From positions 256,001-320,000 of the forward strand of contig CAWDFP010000007.1 in the NCBI GenBank assembly GCA_963801605.1: a stretch of 64,000 bases of DNA, in the 5' to 3' direction. The DNA is from an uncultured candidate division Zixibacteria bacterium (GTDB lineage: Bacteria; Zixibacteria; MSB-5A5; UBA10806). The translations under genes were made by a program, and so were the position numbers. The first letter of the stretch is position 1; each line of letters starts with the position of its first letter. The notes under the pieces are model-generated. The model ran no database searches and was not told the origin of the DNA. It saw only the letters and a list, made by a program, of their open reading frames with translations. This document shows positions 25,865-35,089 of this stretch, piece after piece.

Positions 25865-27574
25865 CTATATCCTATCAGGCGGGCAGTCATAACAGAAACG
25901 GAGCCTGCCATAACGACCCTTTAAATAACTTATATAAAATGTGACATCCATACCATTGAAGCAGCAGGAGCCGTTGACATCTCCTGCTGCATAGAAGGGC
26001 CTAATTATTCCCTGACAATCGCAGTCAACAGACAGAGGCGCTCCCCCTCCTTTAAGGTAGTTAACTGCATTGACAACATCTGCGCCGTTTTTAAGACTAT
26101 CACCGTTCAAATCTCCCAACAGATAACTGCATCTTACAGGACCCTCCCGAAATGAAAATTGCTCAATAAGCGGTGTTGTTGGTATTAAGTCAGCCGGTAT
26201 TTTCTGGTAGATAACATAGTTTTGAGTATAACTGCCCTCTTCCTCTTGAGCCACTCCGGCATCCTTATCCAGGATATAGGTGATATGCAGCGTGTCATTT
26301 ACTACATCAAGGAGCGAAGCCTGTATTTCAGAGGAGCAGTCTCCGGGGTGGCAGCGACTGGTGTGGGTATCGGTAATATTAACCCCTGTTGACCAGTTGA
26401 GGCCATTATCAGTTGATACCGTAATCCATAGGTCGGCGACGCCATATCCCAGATAGGATCTTTCATCAGGATAATAGCGCTCATAGAGCATATAAAGGTA
26501 GCTGTTGGCAGGATTTATGGCCATTTGGGGCCTGTTTACGGTGCGGCTGCAATAGCCGAGGATAGCGTTATCGGCAGGATCCCGCAACCAGCCATCGGCA
26601 ACTACAGTGAATGAATCTGTTACCTCGCTCCAGTGCCAGATAAAACACATATTAAATTCCGCTCTATAGCTGTCCGGCTCCGCCCTGTTTATCTTAAGCT
26701 CCAGGTTATTGAAAGCGATATGGATATTATCAGCATAATCAATTATTAAATCGCTGCCATAATAAGGCCGGAAGGGATCGCTTTCGGCACAGTCGGTAAC
26801 ATTAGTTTTGTCCTGGAAATCCCAATTGAGCCCATCAGAAGAGGTGATAAGGTAAATATCCTTGTCATCGAAGGGCCCCGAAGAGCTATGATGAAGAAAG
26901 TCCCTCTGCTTGTTGTAAATAACAGCTACCTTTTCTGTGACAGGCGATGTGGCAATACAATATCCGCCGCTTAAAGTATCGATAGCCTGCCAGCCGGTGA
27001 AAGTGTATGGTTGAAGATTGTAATTGGCATATATAAGCGTATATAAGCTAGGCCATATTTCACCTCTTGCGAGAATATGTACTGCGCCGTCATTAGTTAG
27101 AGCACCGATAGGGGTATTTTCATAAGGAAAACGAATGGTATCAAGCGGGCTAGACTCAAACTGATTTCCATTCCACCAGGAGCGATAGGTCGGAAAGCTG
27201 CCGGAAGCTCCATAGATCATTTCCAAAGCATCTCTGCCCCCTGAGCTGCCTCTAAGTAGCACAGAATGGTCCTCATGATTATAAACCCCGGGAAACATCT
27301 CAAGGCCGCTATCCCCATAAGCCCAACCGGAGTCAGGGTTGTAGAAATTGAAGGCGCTGCCGCCTGTAACCCAATAGTGGTCATACGGGGCGTAGGTCCA
27401 AACGATATAGATATTGCCGGTAACGCTGTCTCTGGCTATTTGAGGACCGGGATTTGCACAGCCAAACTGCTCCTCATGCCAGGTAATGCCAACCGTATCT
27501 ACCTCGCCTATGGGTTCGGACAAGGCAGATGAGAGTGCCAGAAGAGTTAAGAGCATTACTGCGAAAAGGCGCAA
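25865..27574 (-). CDS. Secreted Asp-box (BNR) beta-propeller-like protein with C-terminal dockerin-like domain, paralog A
   Basis: TTG start after GGAGG; signal peptide; SSDGLNW, STDNGLNW; GDLNGD...GDVNGSC...FCYDCPP. Confidence 0.75.
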   Translation of the reverse strand: MRLFAVMLLTLLALSSALSEPIGEVDTVGITWHEEQFGCANPGPQIARDSVTGNIYIVWTYAPYDHYWVTGGSAFNFYNPDSGWAYGDSGLEMFPGVYNHEDHSVLLRGSSGGRDALEMIYGASGSFPTYRSWWNGNQFESSPLDTIRFPYENTPIGALTNDGAVHILARGEIWPSLYTLIYANYNLQPYTFTGWQAIDTLSGGYCIATSPVTEKVAVIYNKQRDFLHHSSSGPFDDKDIYLITSSDGLNWDFQDKTNVTDCAESDPFRPYYGSDLIIDYADNIHIAFNNLELKINRAEPDSYRAEFNMCFIWHWSEVTDSFTVVADGWLRDPADNAILGYCSRTVNRPQMAINPANSYLYMLYERYYPDERSYLGYGVADLWITVSTDNGLNWSTGVNITDTHTSRCHPGDCSSEIQASLLDVVNDTLHITYILDKDAGVAQEEEGSYTQNYVIYQKIPADLIPTTPLIEQFSFREGPVRCSYLLGDLNGDSLKNGADVVNAVNYLKGGGAPLSVDCDCQGIIRPFYAAGDVNGSCCFNGMDVTFYISYLKGRYGRLRFCYDCPPDRI

Positions 27575-27605
27575 TTGTTGTGCCTCCGGTTTTTCATGTT
27601 CTTTA

Positions 27606-27741
27606 TTACCAATATCTCGGAAATGGCGGGCAATCATAGCAGAAGCGAAGTTTCGGCTCTCTCCCCTTCAAGTAACCCACATAGAATGATTGTGGAAATA
27701 CTCATTAGAAACTGGCCAATTCTCAAAGAATAGAATTTCAT
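27606..27741 (-). pseudogene. Deletion remnant of a dockerin-type gene: signal peptide-like start fused out of frame to a C-terminal tail
   Basis: GGAGG + ATG(27741) MKFYSLRIGQFLMSISTIIL; another frame over 27686-27606 reads FYVGYLKGREPKLRFCYDCPPFPRYW*, matching the tails of the flanking paralogs. Confidence 0.8.
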
Positions 27742-27835
27742 ACATTGTCCTCCGTTTGGATTAAATGTCCATTAAACCAAAAATAACTTCAATTGGGATA
27801 TCGAATTTGCCATTAACATATCTTCTTAAAAAACA

Positions 27836-29560
27836 TTAAAGATAATCCGGCGGGCAATCTGAGCAGAAGAGGAACCTATGAAAGCGGCCCTTTAGATAAC
27901 CAACGTAATATGTGACATCCATGCCATTAAAACTGCAGGAGCCGTTAACGTCCCCTGCTCCATAAAAGGGTGCTTCCTCATTTGGACAACTGCATTCAAC
28001 AGCAGGCAGGCCCCTGCCACCCCTGAAAAAGTTAACCGCATAAACTATATCGCCGCCATTTGTCTGATTATCCCCGTTAATATCCCCCGGCATGTATGAG
28101 CATCTCACTGGCCCGTCCCTGAATGAGAATTGTTCAATAAGGGGAGTTGTGGGAATTTGGTCAGCAGGTATTTTCTGATAGATAACGTAGTTTTGGCTGG
28201 GCCAGCCCTCATGGTCTTGATATATACCGCCATCTTTATCTAATATATAGACAACATGCAGGGTATCATTTGCAATTTCATATAATGAAGCTTGCACCTC
28301 GGAGGCGCATTCTCCCGCACTGCAGTAAGGCGTGTGAGTATCTGTAATATTGGTTCCCAAAGACCAGTTGAGACCGTTATCTGTAGATACTGTGACCCAT
28401 TGATCGGCTACTCCGAAGCCGTTGCCGGAATGCTCCTCCATATAATACCGTTCATAAAGCATATAGAGATAACCATTGATGGGATTTATCGCCATTTGGG
28501 GCTTATCGACAAAACAACTATAATGCCCAAAACCGGACGGGTATGCATTGGGAATCCAGCCACTTGCCGCCACCGTAAAAGAGTCCAGATCTTCGCTCCA
28601 GTGCCACAGAAAGCACATGTTATAGGCAATCCTGGAGCTTTCTGGCTCACTTCTATTTATTTCATACTCAAGCGTCTTGAAGGCGATATGAATATTAGCC
28701 GCATAATCAAATATGGCATCAACGTCCATAAACGGCCTGAAAACATCACTCTCCGCAAAATTGGTGATGTTATTTTTTGCCTGGAGATCCCAATTTATTC
28801 CATCGGGAGAGGAAATGATATATATATCCTGATCAAAATCCAAACCGTACACGCCCGTATCCGAAAACACTCTTTGTCTCAAATAAGAAATTGCTTCCTT
28901 ATGGCTAACAGGCGAAACGGCAATGCAATAAGCCTGATTGGTCGAGGTATCCACACATTGCCAGCCGCTAAAATTATAGGGGTCTAAAACATAACTGCCA
29001 AAATATAGGCGGGAGCACCCTAATCCATCGCTTCCTTCTGCAAGCAATTGAACGCAACCATTATTAAAAATAGCGTATGATGGTACAAATTCATGGGGTG
29101 AATTAACCGTGTCAATCCGCATGGTTGTGAAGCTATCGGCATTCCACTTGGCGCGAACCATGTATGTAATTGGAGATGCTAAAACTATCTCTACATCGTC
29201 CAGGCCGCCGTAATTACCCGGCAAAAGAACTGAGTGGCACTCATTATGATAGGAGCCTGAAAACATCTCTAGGCCGCTATCGCCATAAACCCAGCCTAAA
29301 TTGGGAGTATAATAGTTGAACGCGCTATAAGAACTCCAATAGAATGATTGTGGGGCATAGCTCCAGGCTATATATATATTGCCGCCTATTGTATCCATAG
29401 CCATCATTGAGCCAGCATTGTGGCTGCCCCACTGCTTCTCGCACCAAGTAATGCCCACCGTATCTACCTCGCCTATGGGTTCGGCTATCGCCTCATTGCA
29501 GAAATACGATATAAACAAAGAAAAGACTGCGACCAAGAACCTGGACCTCACACCCAGCAT
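27836..29560 (-). CDS. Secreted Asp-box beta-propeller-like protein with C-terminal dockerin-like domain, paralog B
   Basis: Shares EPIGEVDTVGITW, STDNGLNWS, QNYVIYQKIPAD, IPTTPLIEQFSFR with paralog A. Confidence 0.78.
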   Translation of the reverse strand: MLGVRSRFLVAVFSLFISYFCNEAIAEPIGEVDTVGITWCEKQWGSHNAGSMMAMDTIGGNIYIAWSYAPQSFYWSSYSAFNYYTPNLGWVYGDSGLEMFSGSYHNECHSVLLPGNYGGLDDVEIVLASPITYMVRAKWNADSFTTMRIDTVNSPHEFVPSYAIFNNGCVQLLAEGSDGLGCSRLYFGSYVLDPYNFSGWQCVDTSTNQAYCIAVSPVSHKEAISYLRQRVFSDTGVYGLDFDQDIYIISSPDGINWDLQAKNNITNFAESDVFRPFMDVDAIFDYAANIHIAFKTLEYEINRSEPESSRIAYNMCFLWHWSEDLDSFTVAASGWIPNAYPSGFGHYSCFVDKPQMAINPINGYLYMLYERYYMEEHSGNGFGVADQWVTVSTDNGLNWSLGTNITDTHTPYCSAGECASEVQASLYEIANDTLHVVYILDKDGGIYQDHEGWPSQNYVIYQKIPADQIPTTPLIEQFSFRDGPVRCSYMPGDINGDNQTNGGDIVYAVNFFRGGRGLPAVECSCPNEEAPFYGAGDVNGSCSFNGMDVTYYVGYLKGRFHRFLFCSDCPPDYL

Positions 29561-29686
29561 AAAAGCCTCGCTCCTTGCCCCCAACTAAACCACAGCTTGC
29601 AGAATCATTGTATGCCATAAAATAATATTAATCATGTATAAAAAAGTCAAGTAAAAATAATGGATTAATTGGCAGTTATAATAACT

Positions 29687-29826
29687 TCAGCCCCCGGTCC
29701 TTATGAACCAGGGGCTGCTATTCGGAGAACTATGCTGTAATAGCTAATTCAGATGCGCTAACATCGCCGGATGAACATCCGTGAGCTTGCGTTTGAGTAT
29801 CGTGCGTCCCCGCGACAGACGGCTGC
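29687..29826. repeat. Direct repeat copy 1 (duplicate of ECF sigma 3' end + hairpin)
   Basis: 140 nt matching 32210-32348 except 2 substitutions and 1 indel. Confidence 0.95.
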
Positions 29827-29857
29827 TTCGGGCCTCCGGCCTCGTCTGCCCCCGCAA

Positions 29858-31984
29858 TTATTTCATCAGCACCATCTTAATATTCTGGCTCTTCTCCCCC
29901 GCATCGAGACGGGCGAAATAAACACCGGAGGGAAAATCTTTGGCATCCCAAACTATCTGATGCTCTCCCGCCGTCTTAGTTCCCTCAAACAGAGCCGTCA
30001 CCTTCTGACCAAGCAGGTTATAGATTGATATTGTAACGGAGCCAGCATCAGGCAAAGAATAGCTTATGGTTGTTTGGGCGTTGAAGGGGTTGGGATAGTT
30101 TTGAGAGAGGGTTAGCTCATATGGGAGGCTGACGTTTTCTATTAATTTTGTTTCGGGGTCCCTGAATATTATCAAGGAATATGTATCACAATAATATATA
30201 TAGCCACCTGAAGACGATATCGCTGCTGCAAGACCGGGAGTAATAAACCTCGAGGTTAGATGAGGGTGAGCAGGATCCGCTATATCGATTATTATTAGGC
30301 TGCTCTTCTGCTCCTCCTGATACCAGCTATCCGCCATAAAAGCATAATTGCCTAAAATGGTAACGCCCTTGGCATTACCAGGAGTGTCACAGGCCCCAAT
30401 AAATATAGGGGTTGTTGGCTCAGTAATATCCAAGATTAATAATCCATTCGCTCCGTCTGCGATAAATGCATAGTTCCCCGAAACAAACACATCTTGCGCG
30501 TATCCCGAGGTAATATATCTGCTTGTAAATATAGGATTTAAAGGATCGGTGATATTTATAATTAGTAAGGAGCTAACGTCGGCCAAATATGCGTAACCCT
30601 CGGAAACAAATACTTTACAAGTCCACCCGGGGGTGCCGTAGGCCCCTACTGAAATCGGATTCGCCGCATCAGAAATATCTACTATTTCATAACCGTACTC
30701 GCCTTCAGCGACATAAGCATAACTGCCGGAAATAGCCACATTATATGCTTTCGATGTTAGCCGACAAGCGCCTGCAAAAACTGGATTGTGAGGAACCTGC
30801 ACGTTTACTATCAATAAACCAGCTGTATCATCAGCGATGTATGCATATTCAGAAAATTGAGATGTCCCCCAAGCCCCGGCAGGAGTTTTATATGTTCCGA
30901 CCACAATAGGATTGAAGGGATTGGCGATATCTAAAATCTGAAGGCCGCTCCCCCAATTTGCCACATAAGCGTATTCCCCAGTAATTGATACTCCAAGCAC
31001 GTAATCCGGCGTGGAATATCTTCCCACAACTCGGGGCAAACGAGGATTCGCTACGTCGACGATCTGAAGTCCGCCCAAATCGGCGGCAACATAGGCGAGG
31101 CCATTCAGGACAGAAATGCCAATAGAATGGCCCTGAAAATCGCATCCCCCCACAAAAATTGGATTGACGGGATCAGCAACATTAATAACTTGAAGGCCGT
31201 TATCGCCGTCTGCCATGTAAGCATAATCCCTTGAAACTGCAATGTCTTCAGTAAAATCTTGAGTAGCATATGAGCCAACGATGGATGGGAATGTGGGATC
31301 GGATACATCTACTATTTGCATACCCCCTCTCCCGGCAGCGACATATGCATATTCACCCGAGATAATTACTTGATTTGAATAACCATCGTCAGCGGTATTA
31401 CCTACTAGAACGGGGTAATTAGGATTCGAGACATCTACAACTATTAGAGTACTTCCTGAATTGGCCAAATAGGCATAGCTTCCGGATACAAAAACCCCAT
31501 AAATATTTATGGAATTGTTATAATCTCCAATAAACTCGGGATTGGCAGGGTTAGAAATATCCATTATTTGAAGACCGGCCCTATCAGACGCGACATACGC
31601 ATATCGGCCCGATACATAGACATCCCAGGCATATCCGGAAACATAAAGACTCCCAATAAGACTTGGAATCGAAGGATCTGAAATGTCAATTACTTTAAGA
31701 CCGCCTGCGATATCCGCAAAGAAAGCGTAATTACCGGAAATAAATACTCCATAACCGGTTCCCTGCAAAAAAAGCCGGCTTGTAAGCGTTGGTGAGGCTG
31801 AATTTGAGATATCGAAAATCGCCATTCCATCGAAGAAAGCGCAATAAGCGTAATGTCCTGAGATTTTAACATCGTTGACCCCCGTCCAAAGCTCTGAACC
31901 TACATATTCAATATTTTGCGCGCTTGCAGTAAACGAAATGGTAATTAGAAATAAGGATATTGCTATTATCGCCAGCTTTTTCAA
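29858..31984 (-). CDS. Secreted LVIVD-repeat beta-propeller protein with FlgD/T9SS-A-like CTD
   Basis: Many G.YAYVA...GLQIxDISxP repeats; QNYPNPFN...SGVYFARL; TTG start after GGAGG. Confidence 0.9.
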   Translation of the reverse strand: MKKLAIIAISLFLITISFTASAQNIEYVGSELWTGVNDVKISGHYAYCAFFDGMAIFDISNSASPTLTSRLFLQGTGYGVFISGNYAFFADIAGGLKVIDISDPSIPSLIGSLYVSGYAWDVYVSGRYAYVASDRAGLQIMDISNPANPEFIGDYNNSINIYGVFVSGSYAYLANSGSTLIVVDVSNPNYPVLVGNTADDGYSNQVIISGEYAYVAAGRGGMQIVDVSDPTFPSIVGSYATQDFTEDIAVSRDYAYMADGDNGLQVINVADPVNPIFVGGCDFQGHSIGISVLNGLAYVAADLGGLQIVDVANPRLPRVVGRYSTPDYVLGVSITGEYAYVANWGSGLQILDIANPFNPIVVGTYKTPAGAWGTSQFSEYAYIADDTAGLLIVNVQVPHNPVFAGACRLTSKAYNVAISGSYAYVAEGEYGYEIVDISDAANPISVGAYGTPGWTCKVFVSEGYAYLADVSSLLIINITDPLNPIFTSRYITSGYAQDVFVSGNYAFIADGANGLLILDITEPTTPIFIGACDTPGNAKGVTILGNYAFMADSWYQEEQKSSLIIIDIADPAHPHLTSRFITPGLAAAISSSGGYIYYCDTYSLIIFRDPETKLIENVSLPYELTLSQNYPNPFNAQTTISYSLPDAGSVTISIYNLLGQKVTALFEGTKTAGEHQIVWDAKDFPSGVYFARLDAGEKSQNIKMVLMK

Positions 31985-32166
31985 TTTGGGCCTCCTTCGA
32001 GTCTAAGGGGCTAAATTTTCACAATCATCAAAGCTGTCTGTCTTAACAATGAGGAACGAAAAACAATAATGAATATATCATGATTTTATAAACTATCAAG
32101 TCTATTAACGGAAATTCGCCAAACCCATTTTCGTCCTCTCCATTAATTTTCAACACAAATCCGCTA

Positions 32167-32201
32167 AACTCGCAACTCGTAACTCGGAACCCGAAACTCC
32201 T
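32167..32201. repeat. Short tandem heptamer repeat (AACTCGN-like x5)
   Basis: aactcgc aactcgt aactcgg aacccga aactcct. Confidence 0.8.
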
Positions 32202-32209
32202 AAAGTAGA

Positions 32210-32348
32210 TCAGCCCCCGGTCCTTTTGAACCAGGGGCTGCTATCGGAGAACTATGCTGTAATAGCTAATTCAGATGCGCTAACATCGCCGGATGAACAT
32301 CCGTGAGCTTGCGCTTGAGTATCGTGCGTCCCCGCGACAGACGGCTGC
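32210..32348. repeat. Direct repeat copy 2 (ECF sigma 3' end, stop and downstream hairpin)
   Basis: Matches 29687-29826; includes hairpin CAGCCCCUGGUUC-AAAA-GGACCGGGGGCUG on the minus strand. Confidence 0.95.
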
Positions 32349-32842
32349 GCACCGTGCCCAGCGGGCATCCCAGAGTAACGGAAATATCCTGATACGATAA
32401 CCCCCGCAGGTCAGCCATGATAATCATGATTCGATAATCTCCCGGCAGCGAGTTGATCGCCTTCTTGATATTATCGCTGACATAGTTGTCGAGCAGACGG
32501 TCATCATCGAAACTGATCAGGTCGGCCTCGGCGCGCCTCCGGCTTGGGACGGTCATGCAGAGTCTCGTTGTTGATCTCCTGCTGCTTGGGCGCCTTTTTA
32601 TTTTTATGATAATGATTGATATATGTGTTGGTCATGATCCTCACCAGCCAGGCCAGGCAGTTGGTGCCGCGATGAAACATTTCGAAATTGCTGTACGCTT
32701 TCAGATATGTTTCCTGCACCAAATCCTCGGAGAATACGGAATCATGAGTCAGCGCCCTGGCCAATCCATAGAGATATTCTAAATGAATCACCGCGGACTG
32801 CTCGAACTCCGTTGATAATCGTTCTTTTGAGAATTTGACCAT
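32266..32842 (-). CDS. ECF sigma-70 factor (SigH/SigR-like); frameshift around 32530-32560
   Basis: Region 2 EDLVQETYLKAY...GTNCLAWLVRIMTNTYIN; region 4 LSYQDIS..LGCPLGTVRSRLSRGR. Confidence 0.9.
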
Positions 32843-32888
32843 CTTGTCTGCTCCTGAACCAGTTAACCTAACGTTTATGGTATCCCGT

Positions 32889-33045
32889 TGTAGTCCTTGT
32901 CAGAAAAGTGATCCGCCCGAGGGTTTGCCAGTTCCGCGACCACCTTCTGTGTCGATCCTCGTCGACATTTCCCGCTCAATCTTTGCGGGGCCGCCGCTTC
33001 CGACGGCCCCACCCAAAGTAACTGAGGGGAGAGAAGCAAACTACA
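32889..33045 (-). ncRNA. Candidate structured 5' leader / ncRNA (four-way junction)
   Basis: Hand folding: P1 UGUAGUU/GACUACA closes three abutting hairpins (33030-32970, 32967-32950, 32949-32901); G-U pairs favour the minus strand. Confidence 0.55.
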
Positions 33046-33056
33046 CCAAGACCAAT

Positions 33057-33073
33057 AACAACTATTGTGCCAA
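33057..33073 (-). promoter_or_regulatory. sigma54-like -24/-12 promoter (variant -12)
   Basis: TTGGCAC-AATAG-TTGTT versus consensus TGGCAC-N5-TTGCW; AT-rich region upstream. Confidence 0.5.
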
Positions 33074-33247
33074 ATAATTTGCGGAACTAACGTATTATAC
33101 AGTAATAGGTTATGAAATGAAACTGAGGATCAAATCTATAAAATAGTGTTATTAATAACAGCAGATTTAAACTGTTACTTTAACACTATATATACAAACA
33201 ACTTATATAAAATTTGTAGTGATGATTAAAATAACACTTGTGGGATT

Positions 33248-35006
33248 TTATAACGCTTTTATCACAACCATAGTTAAATCATCGATTTCAGTCTGGCAAT
33301 TGGAGAATTTTCTGGTGGAATCTATCACATATTTAATAATTTCTTTGGCCGATAAGGCTTTTGATTCCTCTAAAGCCGTTATCAGCCTGTCGACCCCAAA
33401 TTCCTGATCATCGCAATTCTTGCTTTCGGTGACACCATCGGTATAATAAAGTAGAATATCCCCGGCATTTAGATAGATGGGACGTTCCTCATAAGCTGAA
33501 TCGTGGAAAGTCCCCAGGGCCAGGCCGCCCTCTTTGAGATATTCTACCGCCCCATTAGCCCGACGAAGAATCGGCGGGTTATGACCGGCATTGGAAAACG
33601 TCAATACTCGATTCTTGGAATCGAGTACACAATAAATGGCAGTCACATAGTTGTCACGTTCCATCGATTCAAACAGCAGATTGTTGACCTTAAAAAGTAT
33701 CGCCCTGATTGCGAAATTATTCCTGATCTCGGCTTTCAAGCTGGCGCGGAATGATGCCATGATAAGAGAAGCCGGCACTCCCTTGCCGGAGACATCGCCA
33801 ATTGCTACCCCAAGCTGGTTATCTACAATGGGAATAAAATCGTAATAGTCTCCCCCCACTGCCGCCGATGGTATATTAATTCCCGATATATCGAAACCGT
33901 CAATTTGCGGGTCCTGTGATGGAAGAAAGGTCATCTGGATTCGTCTGGCAATGGATAGCTCCAGATCGAGTTTTCTGGCCGCCATTCGCTCGTTGTAAAG
34001 ACGAGCCCGTTCTATCGAAATTGCCGCCAGGCTGGCGAAAGCGTTGAGAAGCTCCAGGTCATGCTGAGAATAAGCGCCGGGCTTATCATGCTCAATATTG
34101 AAAGCTCCGATAACATTTTCCCCTACTTTGAGGGGCACCGCCAATTCGGAGCGCGTTTCTACCCGGCACGCTATATAATCAGGATTTTGGGTAACATCGG
34201 ATACAATTATGGCATTGACCCGTTTGCACCACTCGGCCGGTGATCCCCTGTCCAATTCGCATCGGAAGGCTGTCTCGCATCGCCTCCGGTACTCCCCTGC
34301 TGACAATATCATGAATGACTTTGCCGCTGGGGGAAATCAAATAAATCATGGCGCTGTTGTACGAGACTACCCGTCTAAGATTATCGAGAATCTTTTCAAG
34401 CAGATCATCCAATTCAAGTGTGGCAGATAGAGCGATTCCAACCTCATAAAGAGACCGGGCCTCCCGCGATCCGCGTTTGGCGTCCTCGAGAAACCAGGAA
34501 TTTCGAAGCGCCACCGCTACATGATTGCCGAGCGCGCTTAGAGTTGCGAGCTCCTCCTGCGAAAAGCCTTCGGGCCTCTGGCTGTTTGCCGCCTGAACCA
34601 TCCCGAAAAATTCGCCTTCGGCAAAGAGCGGCACGCTGATGAGATTCTTGGGTTTGTTCCGGTAATACCCGCCCGCTAACTCCTGGAATTGAATATCGCT
34701 TTCGAGATCATTAGCGATCACCGGGCCGCGATTAGCTGAGCGCCAGCCAATAAGCGCGTCGCTGTAAGTATGCGGTTTAATATCATGATGATCGGAACCA
34801 TCGAACAGCGTATACAGCTTCAGCACGTTGTTGCGAAGATCGCTTAAAACCACGCTGGCCATTTCGCATTTGAATAGCGTTGTCAGCGATGACAACACAT
34901 TTTTCAGGGCCGCTTCGAGCTTGAGATCGGAATTGATTTTAAGCAGCGACGATATAAAACCATCGTCATCAATATCCCGGAAAACTTGGTTTTTATTATC
35001 AGACAT
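33248..35006 (-). CDS. Tandem-GAF PP2C/SpoIIE (RsbU-like) phosphatase; frameshift near 34215
   Basis: Two GAF domains; ARRIQMTFLP, VGGDYYD, GDVSGKG, NAGHNPP, YTDGVTE, DDLT. Confidence 0.92.
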
Positions 35007-35089
35007 AAAAGAGTATTCTAATATAGAATTCCTTAAAAAAGGGAAATCACTTATTTGTAAATCGACAACAAGACAGCATCTAATTCCGG

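Noticed and set aside
29687..29826. Direct repeat as a DGR template/variable region pair
   Set aside because: Only two substitutions, no RT nearby, and the repeat includes a stop codon and hairpin
29771..30028. 85-aa plus-strand ORF across the repeat junction
   Set aside because: Antisense to the sigma remnant and LVIVD CTD; no coding signal
29858..31984. Periodic sequence that could suggest CRISPR or a DGR
   Set aside because: Periodicity comes from degenerate LVIVD protein repeats; no identical repeat-spacer array, cas gene or reverse transcriptase
32921..32945. tRNA-Leu D-arm-like string GTGGTCGCGGAACTGGCAAAC (minus strand)
   Set aside because: No T-loop GTTCRA, anticodon arm or acceptor stem at tRNA spacing
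32901..32949. GGCAAAC suggesting a c-di-GMP-I riboswitch
   Set aside because: Lacks the GNRA-capped stem and the downstream GACGCAAA/receptor elements
32835..33077. 80-aa Pro-rich plus-strand ORF
   Set aside because: Composition is explained by the antisense of the GC-rich structured leader; no SD or motif
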